Of a stretch of DNA of 64,000 bases, positions 38,907-46,630 are shown piece after piece. The stretch lies in assembly GCA_965205485.1 (NCBI GenBank), contig OZ242180.1, positions 2,912,001 through 2,976,000 on the forward strand, given 5' to 3'. The DNA comes from Candidatus Latescibacterota bacterium. GTDB taxonomy: Bacteria > Latescibacterota > UBA2968 > GCA-2709665. How positions within the stretch are numbered: the first letter of the stretch is position 1; each line of letters starts with the position of its first letter. Made by a program: the position numbers and the translations under genes. The notes beneath the pieces were generated by a model. It did no database searches. It was not told the DNA's origin and saw only the letters and a list, made by a program, of their open reading frames with translations.

Positions 38907-39878
38907 TTACAGGGGTAACTCGGTTCCGATTTTCAGCTGCACCGCACGACGGTAAACCAGGATTGCAGTCGCCATGTCTTCCAGGCCGAGCCCCAGATTG
39001 ATCGCAATCGTGCGCTCCGTCGCCGACTCCCGTCCGGGTTTCAGCCCCGCCGCGATTTCTCCGAGGTCGGCATACGGCTCGGGGGTGTCACGGAAATACC
39101 CGGTCTGGCGGTAATAGTTCAACTGGCCGGTATCGTCGCTTGCCAGCTTGTCCGCTTCGCGGAACGCATCGTTTCGAAAATATGAATCGAAGTCCAGAGG
39201 GCACGCAAACGACCCTTCGGACAACCAGCCGCTGCCAACCACCGGTTCCGGATGTCTCAGCACCGGGCCGCTGGTCACCACGATGTCCAGCCCCCTCACC
39301 GCTTCTGAAGCTTCGCGAACCGGCTCTATCCGCACGTCCAGCCGGGGTCCCATTTCCGCCGCGAATCGATCGGCAAGGTCCGGATAGAGATCGTAGGCCC
39401 TGACCTCCTGAATCTCGAACACACACGAGAGCGCTTCGAGATTGCCACGGCCCTGGACGCCGCAGGCGACAATGCCAACCGTCGAGCTGTCCTTGCGCGC
39501 CAGATATTTCGCGGCCACCGCGGTCGCCGCGCCCGTCCGCATCGCCGTGATCCACGTACAGTCCATAACGCACGTGGGAATGCCGGTTTCAGGATCGTTC
39601 AGTATCAGCAACCCGCTGATGTACGGCAACCCCTTTGCCTGGTTTTCAGGGTATCCCGACACCCACTTCATTCCCGCCGATTCAAGGCTCGGTATATACG
39701 CCGGCATCGCGTGGATGAACGCATCCGGTTGGGTGTGGATGCCCGGCTTGGGAGGCATCTCCACCTTGCCCTCTCCTTTCTCCACGAACATCCGGTCCAG
39801 CCCGTCGATGATTTCCGCCATCGACAGATCCACCGCCTCCACGTCATTTCTTGAGAGATACAATACCGTATCCGACAT
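38907..39878 (-). CDS. Ornithine cyclodeaminase/mu-crystallin family protein
   Basis: HAMPA, GMKWV, ITAMRTGAA, ACGVQG, GLGLEDMA. Confidence 0.9.
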   Translation of the reverse strand: MSDTVLYLSRNDVEAVDLSMAEIIDGLDRMFVEKGEGKVEMPPKPGIHTQPDAFIHAMPAYIPSLESAGMKWVSGYPENQAKGLPYISGLLILNDPETGIPTCVMDCTWITAMRTGAATAVAAKYLARKDSSTVGIVACGVQGRGNLEALSCVFEIQEVRAYDLYPDLADRFAAEMGPRLDVRIEPVREASEAVRGLDIVVTSGPVLRHPEPVVGSGWLSEGSFACPLDFDSYFRNDAFREADKLASDDTGQLNYYRQTGYFRDTPEPYADLGEIAAGLKPGRESATERTIAINLGLGLEDMATAILVYRRAVQLKIGTELPL

Positions 39879-40028
39879 TGGCCGCTCCCGGTGGAAACTT
39901 GATCTGCGATCCGATGTTCTTTATCTTGCATCCGTCGCCCGCCGGCAATCGGCGGTGACTTTGCCCCCGTTTCTTCTGTAGTCAGGCCGGAGAACGGGGA
40001 ATCTCAGGCCACATTCGAAGGAAGCGAT

Positions 40029-40817
40029 ATGGACTGCCTCACGGAAGAGCAGTGGGGACAATTCCAGAGTCAGGGCTATCTCCATCTTGGCAGGGTCGCC
40101 GGCGCGGACGAACTGAATGCTCTAAAGCAGCGCATCGACGATATCATGCTCGGCACGGCACCTTTGGACTACAGCCGTATGTTGATGCAACTGGACGTCG
40201 TTGAAGGCCGGAAAGGTCCGGGACCCCAGACCAGGGGACATAAGGGCGCCACACTGAACTACCGGAAAATTCAGGATCTGGAGTTTGATAACCTGTTCCT
40301 CGCCTATATGCAGAAACCGCTGTTCCTGAGCATCTGCGCCAGCGTCTACGGGACGAATGCGCCGGTGGCCTGCTTCCGCGCCATGTTTATGAACAAACCG
40401 GCGAGAAGAGGCCACGACCTGACCTGGCACCAGGACCGCTGGACCGACCTCGACCGGGACCCACTCATTACCGTCTGGACGGCGTTAGACCCCGCCACGG
40501 TTGAAAACGGCTGCGTCAGAATCATCCCCGGGTCTCACAAATGGGGCCTGGTCAACCCCGATAACGCGAGCGGGTTCCTGAGTCCCGACCAGATCGACGA
40601 AAGGACGCGAAGCGCAAAGCACACCTTTCTGGAACTCGACGAGGGAGAGGTCGTTCTCCTGCACAACTGGCTGTTACACAGTTCCGGCACGAATCAGACG
40701 GACGTTCCCCGCAGGGCGTTCAGCGCCTGTTACATGCACGCGGCAACAACGTCGGCGCGCGGCAATGCGTTTTCGGTCATTTTCGGCGCGGACGCACTGA
40801 CGCCCCGGCCCTCGTAA
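40029..40817 (+). CDS. Phytanoyl-CoA dioxygenase (PhyH) family protein
   Basis: WHQD, WTALD.AT.ENGC..IIPGSH, LHSSG.N....RRA. Confidence 0.9.
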   Translation: MDCLTEEQWGQFQSQGYLHLGRVAGADELNALKQRIDDIMLGTAPLDYSRMLMQLDVVEGRKGPGPQTRGHKGATLNYRKIQDLEFDNLFLAYMQKPLFLSICASVYGTNAPVACFRAMFMNKPARRGHDLTWHQDRWTDLDRDPLITVWTALDPATVENGCVRIIPGSHKWGLVNPDNASGFLSPDQIDERTRSAKHTFLELDEGEVVLLHNWLLHSSGTNQTDVPRRAFSACYMHAATTSARGNAFSVIFGADALTPRPS

Positions 40818-40843
40818 CGCGGGATCGGCGCCCCACCGTTTTT

Positions 40844-41965
40844 TCACTTGACCCACGCCCTCGAATCCGGAACATCCAGCCAGGCGCCGTCATTCGCGAT
40901 CGATGCCTGGCTGATCAGTCCGGGAAGCGTCATGTCCATGGCTTCGTGGATCCCGATGGGGCAGGGCGCCGTTCCCATGATGGCGTTTACAAAATCCAGA
41001 ATCTCGAAATAATCCCCACCCCCGTGGCCCGCTTGCAGCGCTTCTTCGGACGGATTGCGCCAGATCTCCGGCATATATTCTTCCTCCAGTTCCGACAGTT
41101 CCTTCCAGGAATTCCTGTCTTCGCACAGATCCGCGAGCCAGATCCGGTTCGCCTCACCCCTGGCGCGTGCGGACTCGTAACATCCCGTAGTCCCCTGAAG
41201 GACGTAGTTCGCCATCGAGTGAGGGCGGTCCGACAGCATATCGACACGAATCTTGATCAACGAACCCCTCACGGTCTTGCACAGCATCACGCAGGAATCC
41301 TGATTCTCATATTGGTTCCCTCTGGGATCCGTGTAGTGATGCCCGCTGCCCTCGCAGCAGACCCGCGCCACGCGGTCGCCCACCATCCATTGAAGAATCG
41401 GGCCCAGGCTGTGCGTGCCGTAGGTGACGCCGTCGATCCCCGTCTGCCACTTCCGCCGCCAGGTCGTTATCTCGTTCAAGCCCTTCAACTCGTGGACATA
41501 CTCTCCCTCCGCGTAATAGACCTCGCCGAACAGCCCGCGCCTCACCAGTTCTTTCACGAGCACATTGGGTTTCATATACGTGAAATTTTCCGCCATCATG
41601 TACAATGCGGTGGTGTCGGCGGCCGCGGCGACCAGGCGTTTGCACTCGTCCACCGAAACCGCGGCCGTCACCTCGCTCAGCACGTGGACGCCGGACTCCA
41701 GGGCGGCGATCGCCTGTGGCGCATGGAACTGCATCGGCGTGCCGATAATCACGGCATCCAGGTCGGATTTTTGCAGCATTTCCCCGTAGTCCGAATAGGT
41801 CTCCGAGGCGCCCAGCCTTTCGGCAGCCGCTTCCAGCATGTCCTCCCGGATATCGCACACGGCATGCAGCCGTGCGGCGGGATGCGCGTCAATGGCCGCC
41901 CGAAAACTCCCGCCTCTGCCGGCTGCTCCCGCAACGCCGATGTTCAATCTTTCCAGGACTGCCAT
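40844..41965 (-). CDS. Gfo/Idh/MocA family oxidoreductase
   Basis: GTPMQFH, HVLSEV, MMAEN, AEGEYVH, YGTHSLGP, GHGGGDY. Confidence 0.88.
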   Translation of the reverse strand: MAVLERLNIGVAGAAGRGGSFRAAIDAHPAARLHAVCDIREDMLEAAAERLGASETYSDYGEMLQKSDLDAVIIGTPMQFHAPQAIAALESGVHVLSEVTAAVSVDECKRLVAAAADTTALYMMAENFTYMKPNVLVKELVRRGLFGEVYYAEGEYVHELKGLNEITTWRRKWQTGIDGVTYGTHSLGPILQWMVGDRVARVCCEGSGHHYTDPRGNQYENQDSCVMLCKTVRGSLIKIRVDMLSDRPHSMANYVLQGTTGCYESARARGEANRIWLADLCEDRNSWKELSELEEEYMPEIWRNPSEEALQAGHGGGDYFEILDFVNAIMGTAPCPIGIHEAMDMTLPGLISQASIANDGAWLDVPDSRAWVK

Positions 41966-42073
41966 ATCTTCCCAATCCTTCCGGTCTGAATGCGAAGAAA
42001 CCCCGATGCCGGCGATCCGCCGCGGGGTGGGTGGTCGCATCCGAGAGATCATGATTCCAATGGCGTACAGCCG

Positions 42074-42904
42074 CTATCGCGCGGTCGCGAACGTCGGCAC
42101 TCTGCCCGATGCGTCAGTCCCGCGCGGGTCCCATGAACTGTCGCCGGGGGACGGAACCCGAAAGCCACGCGCTCTGAATTGCCCGAGAGCCGGCGCCGAC
42201 TTCAGAAAGTCCACAAATCGCCGCGTATTCGCGCTATCCCGCCCCTTCACGATCGCAACGGGATAGACGATCGCGTCATGCGTGTCGGCCGGAAACACGG
42301 CCAGCACGTCCACCCCGTCGCTGGAAGCCGCGTCGGTCGCGTACACGATGCCCGCGGCGCATGCGCCCTGCTCCACGAACGCGAGCGCCGCACGCACGTC
42401 CTGACCGACGGCCAGACGGCCCTTCAGATTCCCCCACCATCCCAGCCGGACGAACGCCTGCTTTGCGTAAATTCCGGCCGGAACGAGTTCCGGGTCCGCT
42501 ACCGCAAGCGGTCCCTCGAACGCCGCGGCAAAGTCAAAACCCTTCTCCCATTCGATAGGGAACCCCTCTCCGCCGGGTACCACAACCACCAGCGAGTTGC
42601 CAAGCAAGTCGGTCCGGGTATCCGGTCGAATCAGCCCTCGGGTGTCCAGGTAGTCCATCCACGCCGGATTCGCGGAGATGTAGACTCCGGCAGGCGCACC
42701 CCGTTCGATCTGTCTTGCCAACGTGGAAGACGCGGCGAATGAATAGCGGATTTCCAAACCGGTTTCCCTTTCGAATATCCCTTCAATCCGCTTCATTGAA
42801 CCGATCAGACTGGCCGCGGCGTACACCCGGACGGGTTCACCCAGAAGCCGGGTATTCGTCGAACCCAATATGAACAGACACAACGTCAACCGGAATACAG
42901 TCAT
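42074..42904 (-). CDS. modA: Molybdate ABC transporter substrate-binding protein
   Basis: YAAASL, FAASSTLARQIERGAPA, GNSLV, VPAGIYA, DVRAAL, GIVYATDA, IVYP. Confidence 0.92.
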   Translation of the reverse strand: MTVFRLTLCLFILGSTNTRLLGEPVRVYAAASLIGSMKRIEGIFERETGLEIRYSFAASSTLARQIERGAPAGVYISANPAWMDYLDTRGLIRPDTRTDLLGNSLVVVVPGGEGFPIEWEKGFDFAAAFEGPLAVADPELVPAGIYAKQAFVRLGWWGNLKGRLAVGQDVRAALAFVEQGACAAGIVYATDAASSDGVDVLAVFPADTHDAIVYPVAIVKGRDSANTRRFVDFLKSAPALGQFRARGFRVPSPGDSSWDPRGTDASGRVPTFATAR

Positions 42905-42914
42905 TTCGATCTCA

Positions 42915-43103
42915 GAAGTTGTTTTAAAATTACCGGCGAGTTCCCGAGCGCGAGCGAAAAAGTGGCGGTCAAGGCGGGAAAATCCGCCCATATACTAATG
43001 TATCGTGGCTGCGCGCCCCTCGCCACTCTTGGGTGGATTTGACCAACGCCGACCGGCGCTTTTGCAGCCGCGCGAAGACCGCTGGGAATTTTAAGACAGC
43101 TTC
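42915..43103. mobile_element. MITE-like element, family C (about 189 bp)
   Basis: Imperfect 24-bp TIRs GAAGTTGTTTTAAAATTACCGGCG / CGCTGGGAATTTTAAGACAGCTTC, flanked on both sides by TCA (possible 3-bp target duplication). Confidence 0.78.
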
Positions 43104-43261
43104 TCAAGTGAGGGACGAATCCCGAATGGGTCAATCACGTCTTATTTAACAAAAAACACCATATGTTCAAACCGTTTTTTCAATCCCGACGGGCTCCGGG
43201 CCGGTCGCCCTCCGTCGGTCCGGCCTCTTTGCCCGGAGATCCGAGGCACAGCCAGACCCGC

Positions 43262-43290
43262 TTGATAGCACACCGGAATTCTTGTATACT
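43262..43290 (+). promoter_or_regulatory. Putative sigma70 promoter
   Basis: TTGATA, 17-nt spacer, TATACT, 27 nt upstream of ATG 43318. Confidence 0.6.
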
Positions 43291-43317
43291 ATCGCCGGTT
43301 TAAATTCACCGAAGGAT

Positions 43318-44853
43318 ATGAATGCAATGACGAATGAACGCTACACGGGCCCAAACCTCGAGGTGCTGGAAGCCCAATCCCGTGTCTGCACCGGACCTCA
43401 TCAATCCCGGCCGTTGGGGGTGAAACCCGCCGACCCCCGGCCCGGCCGCATTCTGGAATTGATCCTGCGTTCCGTCAGGGAGGAATTACCTGAGACGATG
43501 CGTGCATCGCCTGTCCAGATGGGCGCTTTCTTCGTCGCCATGGCGCTGCGGCGCGGCTTTCCTGCCCGGACCCGGTGGAGTTGCGCCGAAACAGAAGCGT
43601 TTGAACGGAATCGTGAGGCCCTTCGCCAATGCCTGCCGAAGGAGATGCTCTTTCTGCTGGACCCGTCCTCGAAGCTGAGAGCGCAGGACGATCAGGAAGG
43701 TGTTCTCATTTCCGCGCTCGGCAAGATCCTCGCCGGTGATCACCTGAGCTATGGCGAGACTCGCCGGATGTGTGGCGTCATCCTTGGCGGGCATGGGCGA
43801 GCGGCGCTCTATGGCGCGGCCCTCATCGGCCAGCGGATGAATCGCGAGACCTACGACGAGGCGCGCGGATACCTGGACGCCGCGTTTGACCCGTCCGGCG
43901 TTGTGGCACTGAACGTCGGCTCGCTCACCCATTTCGGGGAACCCTACGACGGATCGAAGAGATACTTCCGGCCGACCCTTTTCGTCGCGGCGGCCAGGGC
44001 GGCGCTCGGACGCCCGACGGTACTGCACGGGGTGGATGGGATGCCGCCGAAATGGGGAGTCACGGACGAACAGATCCTGAAAGCGCTGGGGGCGAACGTC
44101 GATCTCTCTCTTGACCAGGCCGGAGGTCTGATCGAGAACCCCGAGGTCGGTTTTGCCTACGTCAGCCAGCGCATCTTCTCGCCCGCGGCCTACGCTTCCA
44201 GGGAACTTCGTACACACATCGGAAAGCGGCCTCCCTGGGCGGCAACGGAGAAGGCCCAGCAACTTTTCGCCTGCCCGGGTGAAAACCACATGGTTGTGGG
44301 CTATTACCATCCGGGGTACGAAGATATGTTTCTTCAACTGGCAGTGGACCGGGGGTTCAACTCATGCCTTGTCGTCAAGGGAATGGAAGGCGGCAGTTCC
44401 CTGGGGCTGCGGCTGGGCAAACCCTCCGACGGCGAAAGGAAAGCCATCAACAACGTAACGGGATTCCGGACTGTCGACGGGCGGTTTGAAACATACGATC
44501 GCGATGTCGACCCCGTCGACGCCGGATTCGGGTACGAACTTCAGCCTCGACCCGAATCCGTATGTGCAGACGCGTTTGCAAAAGCGGGCTTTGCCGCCCT
44601 TTCAGGCAAAAAAGGCTGGATCTACGACCAGATCGTACTCAATGCCGCAGCAAAAGACAATCTGCTGGGATTTGATGCCGACCCGTCAACGGCCATCGAA
44701 CGCGCCAGGTACGCCATCGAGAGCGGCAGCGCCTTAACGCATCTGAAGGCATACGTCGACGCGTCGAACGGAATCGCTGGTCGGGCGTCTCGCAGTCTGT
44801 ACGGTGCCGTAAGGCCGCAGCCACACGTCATTTCAAGGGACCACCCTGTTTAG
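43318..44853 (+). CDS. Anthranilate phosphoribosyltransferase-like protein (glycosyltransferase family 3, YbiB-like)
   Basis: QMGAFF, GEPYDG, LHGVDGMPPKWGVT, LRTHIGKRPP.AT.EK, GYYHP, KGMEG, LNAA. Confidence 0.75.
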   Translation: MNAMTNERYTGPNLEVLEAQSRVCTGPHQSRPLGVKPADPRPGRILELILRSVREELPETMRASPVQMGAFFVAMALRRGFPARTRWSCAETEAFERNREALRQCLPKEMLFLLDPSSKLRAQDDQEGVLISALGKILAGDHLSYGETRRMCGVILGGHGRAALYGAALIGQRMNRETYDEARGYLDAAFDPSGVVALNVGSLTHFGEPYDGSKRYFRPTLFVAAARAALGRPTVLHGVDGMPPKWGVTDEQILKALGANVDLSLDQAGGLIENPEVGFAYVSQRIFSPAAYASRELRTHIGKRPPWAATEKAQQLFACPGENHMVVGYYHPGYEDMFLQLAVDRGFNSCLVVKGMEGGSSLGLRLGKPSDGERKAINNVTGFRTVDGRFETYDRDVDPVDAGFGYELQPRPESVCADAFAKAGFAALSGKKGWIYDQIVLNAAAKDNLLGFDADPSTAIERARYAIESGSALTHLKAYVDASNGIAGRASRSLYGAVRPQPHVISRDHPV

Positions 44854-44915
44854 CAGCCCGTTGAAAAAGTCCATCCGGCCTCGCCTGCAGAGCGACTTTA
44901 TCAACGGACTGTTAG
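44851..44915. mobile_element. MITE-like element, family B, internally deleted copy
   Basis: TTAG-CAGCCCGTTGAAAAAGT...ACTTTATCAACGGACTG-TTAG; ends nearly identical to 55318-55648. Confidence 0.8.
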
Positions 44916-44958
44916 CGACGAGCGAACGGGATCGGTTCACATCGAAGGGAACGAATCA

Positions 44959-46494
44959 ATGGATACGGATGTCATCGTCGTCGGCGCCGGCCACAACGGC
45001 CTGACTGCCGCCGCTTACCTGGCAAGAGCCGGGCTCGACGTCAGCGTGTTCGAGCGCCGGTCCTTTGTCGGCGGCGCGTCAATCACCGAAGAACTCTGGC
45101 CGGGGTTTCGCTTTTCAACCTGTGCCCACATGATCCACGGCCTGCCCCCCAGGATAATACGGGACCTCGATCTCTACGAACGCGGAATGAAAATGCTGCC
45201 CCGCGAGGGGTACATCCGCCTTCGTCCCGACGGCACGTATCATGGACCATCGGATCACGACTCGCCCAGGAATCGAACCCACCGGAGCCGCCTCACCAGC
45301 AGCGAACGCGCGGACTCTCGCCGGTACGGTGAATTCAAGCGGACGCTCTCGGACATCGTGACCCCCTTCAGGTTCCAGGCCCCCCCACCGTTTGAAGAGG
45401 TACGTTCCTCGATTGCCGGCACGCCGTCGGCCCACGTGCTCGACAGGGCCATTTCCACCCGGATCCGGGAACTTCAGGACGAATTCCTGTCCACCGACCA
45501 CCTGAAGGATCTCCACGCAACGGAAGGCGCCGCCGTCGGCCGAAATCCCCTGGGACTTCACTTTGCGTACAGTTCCATCAACCGCCCGGACGCCGAAACC
45601 GGCGAGGCCCATCCCTACGGCTACGTCAAGGGCGGAATGGGCGCGGTCAGCGATGCCATTGCCGACGCGGCGCGAGAAGCCGGCGCGGCCATCCATCTCG
45701 ACGCGGGCGTAGACGGATTCCTCGTGGAAGAAAACGCCGTGATCGGTGTGCGCCTGGAAGACGGACGGGAAGTCCGCAGCCGAATCACCGTCTCCAACCT
45801 TGACCCGAAGCGCACTTTCCTCAGGCTCATGCCTGCCGAATCGGTTAACGGCAGGCTGCGCAAGCGCCTCGAGGGTCTGATCACCCACGTGAGCTGCTAC
45901 AAGCTGCTCGCCGTTATCAGCGAATCGCCGCAATGGAAGTTCTGGGACGGAGATCCTGAACAGCCCTACCGGGGCGCCATCACCCTGAATGCATCCAGGC
46001 CGGAGGTCGATGCGGCATACGATGAACTGGAAGCAGGCCTGCCGGTTCGGAAACCCGTCATCAGTTTTTCAATGCCCTCATTCGCGGATCCCACCCTCAC
46101 CCGGCCCGGCTATCACACCGCCTCCGTGTGGATTTACCCGGCGCCCGCGAGACTCCGGCAGGGCGCGTGGGACGACGTCCGGGACGAGATCGCCGAAGGC
46201 ATCATCGACCAGATCACCCAATTCGCTCCCAACTTCAGGTCCTCCATTCGAAACCATATCTTCCGGACGCCGCACGACATCGAGCGTGAGAACGGCCTGA
46301 CGGACGGCTGTATCTGGCACGTGCAACACGCCGGCGAACATCTTTTCTGGAACCGGCCCCTTCCGGAGCTCTCGCAATATCGGGCACCGCACCGGGGCCT
46401 GTACCTTTGCGGCGCGGGGCAGCATCCGGGCGGTGAAGTCAGCGGCATTCCGGGCCACAATGCCGCGCAGGAAATTCTCAGGGATCTTGCCTGA
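44959..46494 (+). CDS. Phytoene desaturase-like FAD-dependent oxidoreductase
   Basis: GAGHNGLTAAAYLA, GGMG, TPHDIE, GLYLCGAGQHPGG.VSG.PGHNAA. Confidence 0.88.
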   Translation: MDTDVIVVGAGHNGLTAAAYLARAGLDVSVFERRSFVGGASITEELWPGFRFSTCAHMIHGLPPRIIRDLDLYERGMKMLPREGYIRLRPDGTYHGPSDHDSPRNRTHRSRLTSSERADSRRYGEFKRTLSDIVTPFRFQAPPPFEEVRSSIAGTPSAHVLDRAISTRIRELQDEFLSTDHLKDLHATEGAAVGRNPLGLHFAYSSINRPDAETGEAHPYGYVKGGMGAVSDAIADAAREAGAAIHLDAGVDGFLVEENAVIGVRLEDGREVRSRITVSNLDPKRTFLRLMPAESVNGRLRKRLEGLITHVSCYKLLAVISESPQWKFWDGDPEQPYRGAITLNASRPEVDAAYDELEAGLPVRKPVISFSMPSFADPTLTRPGYHTASVWIYPAPARLRQGAWDDVRDEIAEGIIDQITQFAPNFRSSIRNHIFRTPHDIERENGLTDGCIWHVQHAGEHLFWNRPLPELSQYRAPHRGLYLCGAGQHPGGEVSGIPGHNAAQEILRDLA

Positions 46495-46630
46495 TGCTCG
46501 AATCGGCCGGTCCGAAGCGTCATCCGATGGCCGCCTTCTCTCCGGCCGGGAGAGGGTCGTCGTGTGTTTTGCCGCCGCTTGAGCGCTATCCGGCGTGACA
46601 TCCTCGAGTCCCCGTCTTTCAAGGTGCCCC

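Noticed and set aside
42905..42991. N-terminal extension of ModA
   Set aside because: It reads through the MITE; the signal-peptide-like sequence starts at ATG 42904.
42905..43260. Moco riboswitch or ModE box upstream of modA
   Set aside because: I could not recognise the consensus elements by eye; most of the region is explained by a TIR element.
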